Source: Myxococcota bacterium
GTDB lineage: Bacteria; Myxococcota_C; UBA6777
DNA length: 57,885 bases
Assembly: GCA_023150835.1 (NCBI GenBank)
Contig: JAKLKB010000026.1
Location: 1-57,885, forward strand
Reading direction: 5' to 3'
Below the pieces are notes generated by a model that saw only the letters and a list, made by a program, of their open reading frames with translations, did no database searches and was not told where the DNA came from. Positions 29,964-39,330 of this stretch are shown piece after piece. Position 1 is the first letter of the stretch. The number at the start of each line of letters is the position of its first letter. The position numbers and the translations under genes were made by a program.

Positions 29964-32252
29964 CTATTGAAACTTAAAATTCAATCCCACCAAAAGAGTC
30001 AAATAAAAACTCGGCGGGCGGGCTTCGGCGAAAAAGTTCCCCGGAAAGAAAAAGTCCAATTCAAAGGCAGCACTCATCCAAGGCGTGATGCGGTATGTGG
30101 CTTCAAGATCGATCTCAAAACCATAGAAGTTTCCCGGGCGTATCCCTTGTTGGAAAGAAGCCAACGGAAGGGCTTGTGACCATAACGGCGCTCCCTTCAA
30201 GATCACCTCGACAACGCTCACGGTTTCAGTTTCTTCCTCTTCGGCCTCTTCTTCCTCTTCGTCTTCCTCTTCTTCCTCGTCCGCTTTTTTCTTTGCGGGT
30301 GCTGTCGGCTTGGGCGTCGGGGATGCTTTTGCTTCGGTGGCTTTGGGTTCAGCAGAAGACAGCGGTTTGGTTCTCTCGGCAGGCTTGGGCGCGGGCGCTT
30401 TGCCCTCTTCGTTGAGAGGCGACGCCTTGGACTGTGCTTTTCCGTCAGGCGCTTTTTCTTCTTCCTCCTCCTCCTCTTCCTCTTCCTCCTTTTCTTCCTT
30501 TCCTGCTTTGCCTTGTTTTTTCTTTTCATCCGCGAATTTCTTTTTTAACAATTTCTTTGCTTTTTTCTGGCTGGCTTTTTTCTTCTTTTTCGATGCCGCG
30601 ATCTTTTGATCGATATGGAAGCGCAAAACAAAACCGGGCGCGATCACGCCTCGCCCCGTCATTCCGGCGATGCTGATGTTTCGCTGCGAAGATTCCGAGT
30701 TAATCCCACCATTGAAGAAGATGTTGGTGTAGCGCAATTGAGGGGCGATCCCCATAAAAGCATGGATGGTCTCGCCTTCTCGCACCCTTACGCTATCGCC
30801 GCTTAAAAAAACAAAAAACAAAGCACTCGAAAACATCGGATGCCAGTCGTAGGTCACTTTCAATTGACCCGCAAACCCCAAGCCCGTCAAAGGCATATCG
30901 TCCACGATGGTTTCAGGAGCCTCTCGGTTCACTTGCTGTGTGACGAGTGGCTGGCTTTGTTGCCCGATCTGGCTCTGTCGTTCACGCAATGCCGGCGGCA
31001 ACGTGCGATCCAGAAAGCCCGGAGGACGGACTTGGGGATCACGCGAAAGCACCAACAACATCTTCGAGTAATAAAGATGCGCGCTCCCTTCGATCTTCAG
31101 ATTCTTCCACTTAAAAGCGCCCTCCACACCCACCCAAAAGTGATGCCCTTGGGATTCCATTCGACCCGAACAAGCGTTTAAAAAGTGTGTACGCGGCAAC
31201 GGCGCTCCTGCCGGGATAATGCCTCGTTCTTGTTGCGTCTTGGCCACCGCCGTCATACCGTCGATCTCCGCCGGAACCGCCAAAAGGGAGCGCAGGCTGG
31301 CGAGTTTTCTTTCATCGCACTGCACAGCCCCCGATTCGCATTGTTGCAGCTCATCATAAGCCTTTTGATGACTTGTTTTCGCGACTTTGTATGGTTCGTC
31401 AAGGTTTCGGGGGGCTTGGGGTTCCGCCAAACAATTGAATTCAAGATCAGGATTATAGCGTTGGTTGTATTGACGAGACAGCCCTGCAAGGATGCTATCG
31501 CGCAAGATCGGATACAAAAGTAACCCACCCAAAGAATCTCCGTCGTACATATACGCAAAAGAAATTCCTGCGCTATGTTCATCATCAAAGACATACTCAA
31601 ACGAAGTATGCAGGACAGGACTTTTCTTTCCCGACGCAGTAAATGTGCTATCCGGCAAAAAAGCATCGATCTTTAAGCGAAAAGGAGCCACCGCCGCTTC
31701 GCGTTCGGACAAGTCCATCAAAAAACGAATGCCTAGCGCATAGTTATCGTAGATCGCAGCCCGCCCAAGACTGAGGTTCATGATCCCCGCACGAACCCCG
31801 ATCCATTGATCTTTTGCAAAGTACACATGGGTATACAACTCGCGGATCATAAAAGATTCACGCAACAAGATATCCATCGGATTCACGGAGGTTCCCGTTT
31901 GAGCAGGGTAAAGAACCGTGTTGTTCCACTCGATACGAAACGCATCGCGGGTGCTATTTTTTCGCTGCCCAACCAACAACTCCCCCAGATCCAGCCGCAG
32001 CTTGGAGTGAACAAATTCGCTCCATTCCACTTCGGTTTCAAATCCCGCAAGCAGCGAACCCGCAACAAGATTCTCATCAAAAGACAGCGAATCTCCACTG
32101 CTGTTAAGCGTCCGATAATCCCAATTAAAACGAGGACCAAAGCTCAACTCCCATGTGGCTTTGATCGCGACGGCCTGCGGAGGGATCAAAAAAAACAAAA
32201 AGACAAGAGCAAGACAACGCACGAACAACGGGCGCATTGTGGGGAGGCGCAT
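29964..32252 (-). CDS. Putative outer-membrane beta-barrel protein with a long charged low-complexity insertion
   Basis: Signal peptide and alternating amphipathic strands (YGFEIDLEATYRI, AFELDFFFPG). It ends in LNFKFQ. Confidence 0.7.
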   Translation of the reverse strand: MRLPTMRPLFVRCLALVFLFFLIPPQAVAIKATWELSFGPRFNWDYRTLNSSGDSLSFDENLVAGSLLAGFETEVEWSEFVHSKLRLDLGELLVGQRKNSTRDAFRIEWNNTVLYPAQTGTSVNPMDILLRESFMIRELYTHVYFAKDQWIGVRAGIMNLSLGRAAIYDNYALGIRFLMDLSEREAAVAPFRLKIDAFLPDSTFTASGKKSPVLHTSFEYVFDDEHSAGISFAYMYDGDSLGGLLLYPILRDSILAGLSRQYNQRYNPDLEFNCLAEPQAPRNLDEPYKVAKTSHQKAYDELQQCESGAVQCDERKLASLRSLLAVPAEIDGMTAVAKTQQERGIIPAGAPLPRTHFLNACSGRMESQGHHFWVGVEGAFKWKNLKIEGSAHLYYSKMLLVLSRDPQVRPPGFLDRTLPPALRERQSQIGQQSQPLVTQQVNREAPETIVDDMPLTGLGFAGQLKVTYDWHPMFSSALFFVFLSGDSVRVREGETIHAFMGIAPQLRYTNIFFNGGINSESSQRNISIAGMTGRGVIAPGFVLRFHIDQKIAASKKKKKASQKKAKKLLKKKFADEKKKQGKAGKEEKEEEEEEEEEEEKAPDGKAQSKASPLNEEGKAPAPKPAERTKPLSSAEPKATEAKASPTPKPTAPAKKKADEEEEEDEEEEEAEEEETETVSVVEVILKGAPLWSQALPLASFQQGIRPGNFYGFEIDLEATYRITPWMSAAFELDFFFPGNFFAEARPPSFYLTLLVGLNFKFQ

Positions 32253-32458
32253 GATGTGGACTCCTTACCCTCAAAAGCGTGGTGACTTCGCAAACAACAC
32301 AGCAGCAAACATACGACAGGTTTGAACGTTTGCGTACACAACACCCGCAAGCCTAGCCGATGCGATGATTCGATCGCAAGATGTTCGCTCTTGCGCTGCT
32401 GTCTTGTGCTATGTATTGTCGGTGTTTTGCGTTGACGTTTGATCGAAAAAGGAGACTC

Positions 32459-35400
32459 TTGTTGCGAAAGATCGGACCCAATGAGACTTGCCCGTGTGGA
32501 AGCGGAAAAAAGTACAAGCGTTGCTGTATGCGCAATGAACGCGAAGAGAACGCTCAGACCGAGGGAAGAGAAGCCGACTTCATCCCCACCACCGAATATG
32601 CCGAGGCGATGCGGATGTTGCTCCAAGAATCCTCCAGCCCTTCCGAGATATCCCCAAAACTCGCCGCCCTCTTTTCTTCCACCTCCGATCTTCCCGATTA
32701 TTCGGCCCTCAAACCCTTCCAACCCACCGCCTTGCTCCCTTCGATCGAACCTAAGTGGCGGCCCTTGCCAGAGCGTCTGCTCAAAAATCAAGCCTACTCC
32801 AAGGAACTTCTACGCCTTCTCCACCCCGAACAGCAGCGATACCTTTGGATCATCAGCGAACAGATGAATCAACAAACCCCCAAAGCATGGGAACAAGCCC
32901 TCGCGCTTTTGCAAAAAATTCCTCTTGCCGAGCGTTGTAAGCTGCGTGGCCTATTCTTATCGGAGTTGAATGCGTTGTCTTCGCTCGGGCGGCGCGATGC
33001 TTATCTACAAACCCTGCTGTCTGCTCTACTCACCGAAGGGGATCCGTTCTTTTGGTTTGATATGGGAGGGCATCTGCTTCGTTTGTCCAATGAATTTCAG
33101 CAAACCATACCTCTTCCGACGCAAGAAATCATACTCCTTTGCAAAGCACTTCAAGAAAAAATACCAGAACAATCTTCCCCAGTCTTGCGTATGTTTCTAT
33201 TGCACTGTGCCTCTTTTTTTCCAGAATTCTATCAAGAATTGTCTGAAAAACATCGCATTCCGCGATTGTTGGCAGAAGCTTGGAGAGTCGAGCATTTTTT
33301 CCCACAAAGCCCACTCTACGGGTATTTATTGAGTGCTCTAGTGTACACCACTCAACGCCTTGTTTCGGTGTGCGATTTGTTGGCTTCATGGACGGAGTCG
33401 CTCAAAGTAGGCCGCTTCTTATGGAAGCGGCTGATCGAAGAAACTGTGGGTTCCTTGCATGGGCTGTTTTTGCTGCTCGACAAACAAGGTGAACCCGAAA
33501 CGATCCTTGCGATCTGCCGAGAACTTTTGTCGATCTATCCAAACGACCCACACCTCCACTACTGGCGCGGTCGTCTGAAAACAGAAGAAAAGCATTCGAA
33601 GGAAAAAGCAGAGAGTTTTGGGATCGTGATGCGCCAAGCTTCGAAACTTCCAAGTATCTGTTTGTATGAAGTCGCGCTGTGGTGGTTATCCAACAAAGAG
33701 ATCCCTCCCGATGTATGGGCTTCTTTGCAGTCTTTTGAAGCGGCGATTGCAGAAGAGATTAGCTTACAAACGTTCTTTTTGCGCATGGGCGTCTTGTTTT
33801 TTCGCTATGTGCGGCATGGTGAAGACGAAGATCTTTTGCAAAAGATCGAGCCGTTGCTTGTAACCTACGGGGAACTCCCGGGCGTCACGCGCTATGCTTA
33901 TGAACATCTCGTGATGATGGGGCGTTTTGCGGAGATCGAGCCGATCCTTGTCCACGCATGGGAAGAGAACAAAGCCGAAAACGCTTTTGCAGGGGCGCTG
34001 TTGGCTGTGGGATGGGCAAGCCGAGGCGAAACAGAGCGCGTTCGTGCTTTGTTTGCATCCGAGGCCGAAGCGACCACCTATCTTGAAAGCCTGCCTTTGG
34101 TGGGAAGTCAATTACCGCAGCGTTTTGAGTTGGCTTGGGGTGCCTCTCAACTGCGCAGCGGTGACGAAGCACAGGGTATGAGATGGCTAGAAAAGGTCTA
34201 TGCACAACAAAAGGATCACGAAACTGCGCTGGCCTTCTTAGAAGCGCTATTTCAACGCCTTGGCCTGTTAAAGCAAAGCGCAAAGGACGAAGACAACGAA
34301 GCCTTTGCGCGTTTGTCTTTGCGTTTTGAAGCGATCAGCGCGCATCTGCAATCCACCCGAAAAGAACCACCACAGCTCGTTTTTTTATTGTGCCTTTATC
34401 ATATTTTACGAGAAGAATGGGAAACAGCGCGTACGTTCTTAAACAAGATCGACACCGCTGTTTTTGATGCAGATCCGTCCATGCACCCCCTCGGCTTTTT
34501 GCTTTACACGCTGACCCACGCAGGTTGCGGAGAATGGGAGGAGGCCGCCCGAGCCGCGCTTCGATTTTTTCCAACCGTTATGGAAAGGAAAGAGCTACAA
34601 GATATCTTTCACCAGTTTTTTATAGGACTTGTGGATGCTTATGCCGAGCAACAAAAACACGCGACAAAGTTGGAAAGAAAGATACAAAAACAAGAAGCAC
34701 AAGGAAATGTACTCTCTAGTTTACAAGAAGAAAAAGCAAAATTAAAACAAATACTTCGCAAGATTTCTTCAGAAAAAGGAACTTTACAAAAAGCACTTTT
34801 TGATATTCATCAAACCATACAATATCCAGAAAAAAAACAGAATGAGCATGAAAACTTATTGGAAAAAAAAGTAGAAGAGTTCAAAAAAAGACATCAGATT
34901 CTTTTGCGTGAATTCCCATACAACCATCGAGAAATGTTGCTACAAGCAGAGCGGTTGTGGTGGCAGTCAGCCCTTTCGCCAAGGGATGATCATGCCCCAG
35001 TAGCCTTGCAATTTTCGCGGGTTGTGGAGTGGGCCATCAATCATTATTGGGTGGATCCCTTGATGGCCTTTGCTTTGGAGCGGGGGCAGATGCTGGCCGA
35101 TCTTCCTGCTTGTCGAAGCCGTCTGCTGCCCGCCCAAAATCGCCTCACCTTGGGGGATGCCTTGCGGCTGTTTTATATGGAGGTTGTGCGCGAAAAAGAC
35201 GGAAAAGAAGAGAGACAAAAGAACGCCCACGCCAACGAGGCACTGCGGATCTTGCTTGCGGCTTATTGGTCCGAGCGAGCAACACCTGCCTCTGCCCAAA
35301 ACGAACAAGCCGCCCGCTATCTTCAAGAGGAGGCTGTCTTCGTTTTGACAGACCTGTTGCGCTTGCGCAACCGTGCGAGCCACGCGGGGGCGATCTTGAG

Positions 35401-35506
35401 CCGAACAGAAGTCGGCCAACTGCGGGGGTGGGTGCTTGGAGACGAACAAAGTATCGGGTTATTGGAAGCGTTTGTGCGGTTTATACGATATCCAAGTGAT
35501 GTGTGA
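32459..35506 (+). CDS. SEC-C zinc-motif protein with helical repeats, coiled coil and HEPN-like C-terminal domain
   Basis: KIGPNETCPCGSGKKYKRCC at the N-terminus (TTG start after GGAG), TPR-like helices and a K/E/Q coiled coil. The C-terminus has FSRVVE and LRNRASH (RxxxxH). Confidence 0.8.
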   Translation: MLRKIGPNETCPCGSGKKYKRCCMRNEREENAQTEGREADFIPTTEYAEAMRMLLQESSSPSEISPKLAALFSSTSDLPDYSALKPFQPTALLPSIEPKWRPLPERLLKNQAYSKELLRLLHPEQQRYLWIISEQMNQQTPKAWEQALALLQKIPLAERCKLRGLFLSELNALSSLGRRDAYLQTLLSALLTEGDPFFWFDMGGHLLRLSNEFQQTIPLPTQEIILLCKALQEKIPEQSSPVLRMFLLHCASFFPEFYQELSEKHRIPRLLAEAWRVEHFFPQSPLYGYLLSALVYTTQRLVSVCDLLASWTESLKVGRFLWKRLIEETVGSLHGLFLLLDKQGEPETILAICRELLSIYPNDPHLHYWRGRLKTEEKHSKEKAESFGIVMRQASKLPSICLYEVALWWLSNKEIPPDVWASLQSFEAAIAEEISLQTFFLRMGVLFFRYVRHGEDEDLLQKIEPLLVTYGELPGVTRYAYEHLVMMGRFAEIEPILVHAWEENKAENAFAGALLAVGWASRGETERVRALFASEAEATTYLESLPLVGSQLPQRFELAWGASQLRSGDEAQGMRWLEKVYAQQKDHETALAFLEALFQRLGLLKQSAKDEDNEAFARLSLRFEAISAHLQSTRKEPPQLVFLLCLYHILREEWETARTFLNKIDTAVFDADPSMHPLGFLLYTLTHAGCGEWEEAARAALRFFPTVMERKELQDIFHQFFIGLVDAYAEQQKHATKLERKIQKQEAQGNVLSSLQEEKAKLKQILRKISSEKGTLQKALFDIHQTIQYPEKKQNEHENLLEKKVEEFKKRHQILLREFPYNHREMLLQAERLWWQSALSPRDDHAPVALQFSRVVEWAINHYWVDPLMAFALERGQMLADLPACRSRLLPAQNRLTLGDALRLFYMEVVREKDGKEERQKNAHANEALRILLAAYWSERATPASAQNEQAARYLQEEAVFVLTDLLRLRNRASHAGAILSRTEVGQLRGWVLGDEQSIGLLEAFVRFIRYPSDV

Positions 35507-35610
35507 TCGCAATGTCGATGCGATCCGCTGTAATGGTGATGCGGGTGGCGTCTCCCTGATTTGATGAAAAACATTCGGTAGCTCTAGGAGAATAGGCGAA
35601 GTGTCCGAGT

Positions 35611-35635
35611 GTTAGCCCCCTGTGGCTGCCCCTAC
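35611..35635 (-). repeat. Degenerate GTAG-family REP element
   Basis: Reverse complement GTAGGGGCAGCCACAGGGGGCTAAC, sharing its core with 11849..11874. Confidence 0.65.
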
Positions 35636-35714
35636 ACCGTTACGGTCACACGAAGGGCGGATTTCGTATGAGTCGGTCCAAAGAACAGCAAGGACTTGGA
35701 ATGGAGCTGATCAC

Positions 35715-36107
35715 TCAAAGAGCCGTGAGCTGGCCCAAGACGCTGCTGGTGATATGGAGAACCCACGTCTGGAAATCTTCTTCCGAGATATCTTGCAATT
35801 CTTTACACGAAGGCTCGATAAAATGCTCCAAGAGGATCTCTTGATCGAGAGAACGTTTAAGGAATTGTTGGCAAGCGCTGCGTTCGCAGCGATGGTGACA
35901 TCCAGCAAGACCGATGAGGGACTTGGCTTGGCGGGCGAGTTGAAGAGCGTGAGGTAATTCGGCCATCAGAGGGACGAGATCGATGATATCGATATCGTCG
36001 ATCTGTTCGCGCAAAAGTTGTGCGACGCGTTGAGTGAGTTGGCCGCGTAGCGTATGCCCATTGCAAGGGACAAGGATCACAGAAGCAGCAGAAACAGACG
36101 GAGGCAT
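35715..36107 (-). CDS. DGC-like (putative zinc-binding) protein
   Basis: VILVPCNG..GQL and LIGLAGCHHRC match the DGC pattern (CxG..GQ; I.IDGCxxxC). Confidence 0.7.
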   Translation of the reverse strand: MPPSVSAASVILVPCNGHTLRGQLTQRVAQLLREQIDDIDIIDLVPLMAELPHALQLARQAKSLIGLAGCHHRCERSACQQFLKRSLDQEILLEHFIEPSCKELQDISEEDFQTWVLHITSSVLGQLTAL

Positions 36108-36145
36108 CGGGGACTCCTAAGGAAGAAAGAAAGCAACCATGCACC

Positions 36146-36538
36146 TTAAAGAGAGACAGCTTTGTGCGTGATCAACAAAGAGGCGAGTTTGGTCAGCCCT
36201 GCTTGTGTGACACAAGAGCGCAAGCCGCCGACTTGATGGGCTTGAGGCGGGAGCGCGGCTTGGGTTTCTTCGGCACAACTCGCACAGACATAGATCTGCC
36301 CGCCCGCTTCTTCGAAAAGTTTGGTGTAGATATCGAGTCGATCAAAACCGGGGATATGGATGCTTTGAAGAACCGATTCAAACGCCCAGATCGCAGCTTG
36401 TGCGTGCAAAAAGACGACAACTTCTTCGCCCATCGCTTGGAGAGAAACCGCCAAAGCAAAGGCCAATGTCGCACGAGAACCACCGTCTTCTTGGCCGTGT
36501 GTCAGGACGATGAGATGCCCTTTGGGTGTTTTTGTCAT
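36146..36538 (-). CDS. DsrE-family protein (CxxC)
   Basis: LIVLTHGQED..RATLAF..VVFL..GGQIYVCASC. Confidence 0.88.
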   Translation of the reverse strand: MTKTPKGHLIVLTHGQEDGGSRATLAFALAVSLQAMGEEVVVFLHAQAAIWAFESVLQSIHIPGFDRLDIYTKLFEEAGGQIYVCASCAEETQAALPPQAHQVGGLRSCVTQAGLTKLASLLITHKAVSL

Positions 36539-36547
36539 AGATAATCC

Positions 36548-36931
36548 TTAAAAAACAGTAACTTGTCCTTTAATCATAATCTCTGCGACACTGGAGAGGC
36601 CGGCATAATGGGCACCTTTGCGCAGCGATTGGCGAAAAGCGTTGCTGTCCATGGTGGGAAGAAAACAATAAGCATCCAAGCAAGGCGAACACACAAGCAC
36701 GGGTCCGCCTTGTTCGAGATAAGTGCTGAGATACGTTGCGAGCGTGGGTTCGTCAGCGAGTTGGACATCTTCGCCCGTCCCTTCAAAAGCCCACCGGGTA
36801 CCCGAGAGAGTCAGAAAAATACTTACATGGCAGTCCATGGCTTGTAAAGCAAGAGCGAGTTTGGTTCCAAGCAAAGCGGCTTGACCGCCGTCTTCGCGAC
36901 CGCGTGTGATGATGATCAGATGAGGTTGCAC
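36548..36931 (-). CDS. DsrE-family protein (CxxC), paralogue of the adjacent gene
   Basis: LIIITRGRED..VSIFLT..GGPVLVCSPC. Confidence 0.88.
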   Translation of the reverse strand: MQPHLIIITRGREDGGQAALLGTKLALALQAMDCHVSIFLTLSGTRWAFEGTGEDVQLADEPTLATYLSTYLEQGGPVLVCSPCLDAYCFLPTMDSNAFRQSLRKGAHYAGLSSVAEIMIKGQVTVF

Positions 36932-36961
36932 AGGAGACTCCGTAGGAACGGGAAAAAGCGC

Positions 36962-37552
36962 TCAAACCACAAAGAACAGCTTGGATTGGACGGCATCTCC
37001 GAGACAAGAAGTCACACCCGCACACTGGAGATTGGGAAGACCCATGATATCTTCTTCGGTGAAGCCCATGATCTCCATGGTCAGCGTGCAGATGGTGAAC
37101 TTGACACCTGCTTCGACAGCCATATCCATCAGTTGCGGCAAAGAAGAAGAACCCGCTTTTTGCATAAAGTGGCGCATCATCATGGCTCCCATGCCGCCGA
37201 AATTCATTTTGGAGAGGCCGACGCGTGCGGGGCCTTTGGGCATCATCCATCCCATCATACGAGAAAGAAAAGATTTTTTTCTTTCAGGCAAAAGGCTTCC
37301 TTTTTTTCCAAGCGCAGGTTGATGTTTGTCTCGGCGCAAAAGATTCAGTCCCCACAAAGCAAAGAAGATATTGACTTCGAGGCCCATCGAACGGGCGGAC
37401 ATGGCGAGCATAAAAGCGAGAAAGACGCGATCAAAGTCGTCGCTCGATAGCAAGATCGTCATCTGTTGGTTATCCGCAGCAGCGGCATTCATGGCCTTGC
37501 TTTGCATGGCTTGGGCGAGTTGTCGTGCCAAAGAGTCCGAAGAGACAGACAT
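36962..37552 (-). CDS. DsrE/DsrF/DrsH-like (DsrE2/YrkE-type) protein
   Basis: SDDFDRV, IFFALWGLNLLR, LSKMNFGGMG and GVKFTICTLTMEIMG. Confidence 0.92.
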   Translation of the reverse strand: MSVSSDSLARQLAQAMQSKAMNAAAADNQQMTILLSSDDFDRVFLAFMLAMSARSMGLEVNIFFALWGLNLLRRDKHQPALGKKGSLLPERKKSFLSRMMGWMMPKGPARVGLSKMNFGGMGAMMMRHFMQKAGSSSLPQLMDMAVEAGVKFTICTLTMEIMGFTEEDIMGLPNLQCAGVTSCLGDAVQSKLFFVV

Positions 37553-37594
37553 AGGAGGCTCCTTTGAAGGAAATCGGCTTGATTCACCGATGGA

Positions 37595-39139
37595 TCAGGG
37601 CTTGTGCAACCAAGCGTGGTACACATGGCCTTGTTGTTTTTCTTTTTGGACGATGTATCCGTGGATATCGCACCAGGCTTTGAGATCGACAGGAAAAGCA
37701 GGGTCGTCGGCGCTGACTTTCAACGGGTGTTTGGGATGTTCGCGGACCTGTTTGCTAAGCTGAACGATGGGCATAGGACATTTGAGTCCGCAAAAATTGA
37801 GGGGGATCGGTTCGGGGGCAAGATCTTCAAAAGAGTCGCTGGAAGCGGAAAGATGCGAAAGGCCGTCAGGAGGAAGCGAAAACGATCCAGAGCTGGTAGG
37901 TTGCGTTGCGTTTGAGGCGAGAGGAACGGGAAGATCGATCAAAGAATCAATGGGGATAGGAGGTTGTAAGGTCGGCGTGCGGGTATCGGTATCGCGAGAA
38001 AACACAACGTTCCCCGAAGCTGGCGACAAGGGGCTACGAGGAGAGGGCGTAGGAGAGGAAGCGGGAAGAGAGTTGTTTCCGACATATTCTGTTGGTGGTT
38101 TCGAAGAGATCGAGGACAACGAGGAGGAGGAGGTCGAAGGGGCGGGAAGAGCGAGCCAAACCACCACAGATTGGTCGGATTGTTGGGCATGAAGAAAGCG
38201 GACGTCTTTTTGTTCGCACCAATGTTGGACGTCTTGGATGAATTGGGGATCGCGGGTTTCGATGCGCAAAAGGCCGGATTTGGTGTGTTGTTTTCGTTCT
38301 TTTTGCAAAGCGACGAGGTGAAGCGGCGAGCGTTTGTCGTTGTAATCGAGGCTCGCGAGCAACGGAAGTCCAAGTTCGCGGACAGGCGGAGGAAGAAGCG
38401 AGGTGCTTTCAGAAGCAGAAGCCAAAGCAACAGGAGAGACGGGAAATGTCGAAGCGGCGAGAAGTTCGGGAGGGACTTTGATGACAAAGGAGCTCGAAGC
38501 AGGCGCAGGGATCACAGGAGGCTTTTTCGCGAAGTGTAGTCGCACACGAAAAGGCAAAGCGTCGGGTGAGGAGAGCCATTCGACACGCGCTTCGCTGCGT
38601 TCTGCCCATGCTTTCAGATCTGCTGGAAAAGCCCGATCATCGGCCATGATATCCAGTGCGGTGGGATTGCTTTTTCGGACATACGCCGAAAGCCGAACGA
38701 TCGGCATCGGACACTTGAGTCCGAGATAATCCATGGATTCGATCGCTGCGTTTTCTGCGCGGGCAGAAGAAAACACCAAGCGACAAAGGGCAGAAACGGT
38801 CTTCTCGATCTCTTTTTGCAAAAGCCCCACAGAAGAAAAGTCGGGCGTGAACAACACCGCGTCAGGTGGGCGAAAAGAGTCCATTTGTGCCTTGGTATCT
38901 TCGATCGAGCGGCTGGTTAAGACCACGAACGCATGGGCCAAAACGAGTCGACGATGTGCGTACAGATTGTTTTTTTGAAGAGCTGCGAGGTCGATCAAGA
39001 CGACCGAAGCGGGCAAGATCTGGTGCAGTTCCTTCGCAGACAGAGCATTTCCGTATTGTAAAACGGCGACTTCTTCTTGCGTGACAGGCGGGAGTCCAAG
39101 CCACTGCGAGAGCGTGTGATAAGCTTGTTGAGATCTCAT
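37595..39139 (-). CDS. Multi-domain sulfur carrier: Cys-less DGC-like N-terminus plus three TusA/SirA domains
   Basis: DYLGLKCPMPIV..ADDRAFPADLKAW; a degenerate DYNDKRSPLHL..TRDPQFIQDVQHW; and NFCGLKCPMPIV..ADDPAFPVDLKAW. Confidence 0.88.
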   Translation of the reverse strand: MRSQQAYHTLSQWLGLPPVTQEEVAVLQYGNALSAKELHQILPASVVLIDLAALQKNNLYAHRRLVLAHAFVVLTSRSIEDTKAQMDSFRPPDAVLFTPDFSSVGLLQKEIEKTVSALCRLVFSSARAENAAIESMDYLGLKCPMPIVRLSAYVRKSNPTALDIMADDRAFPADLKAWAERSEARVEWLSSPDALPFRVRLHFAKKPPVIPAPASSSFVIKVPPELLAASTFPVSPVALASASESTSLLPPPVRELGLPLLASLDYNDKRSPLHLVALQKERKQHTKSGLLRIETRDPQFIQDVQHWCEQKDVRFLHAQQSDQSVVVWLALPAPSTSSSSLSSISSKPPTEYVGNNSLPASSPTPSPRSPLSPASGNVVFSRDTDTRTPTLQPPIPIDSLIDLPVPLASNATQPTSSGSFSLPPDGLSHLSASSDSFEDLAPEPIPLNFCGLKCPMPIVQLSKQVREHPKHPLKVSADDPAFPVDLKAWCDIHGYIVQKEKQQGHVYHAWLHKP

Positions 39140-39330
39140 CACACCCCCCATTCAGACGAGACGGACAGACGCAAAAGAGAAGAATCCCACAAGATGCGCG
39201 AAATGCGGCGGCTGCAATCGATCCTGCAAGGCGAAACCTCGATGAAGGGAAGTCTCCGTGAGTGTTGCGAGATGTGGCCGCAGCAACGGTGGGCCGTAGG
39301 ATGCAGTGAAGACATAACGGTATCCTCGGA

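Noticed and set aside
35715-39139. Dissimilatory sulfur oxidation (dsr/sHdr/sox) or tusABCDE tRNA thiolation cluster
   Set aside because: No dsrAB, dsrC/tusE, hdr, sox, rhodanese or mnmA genes in the window, so gene symbols were withheld.
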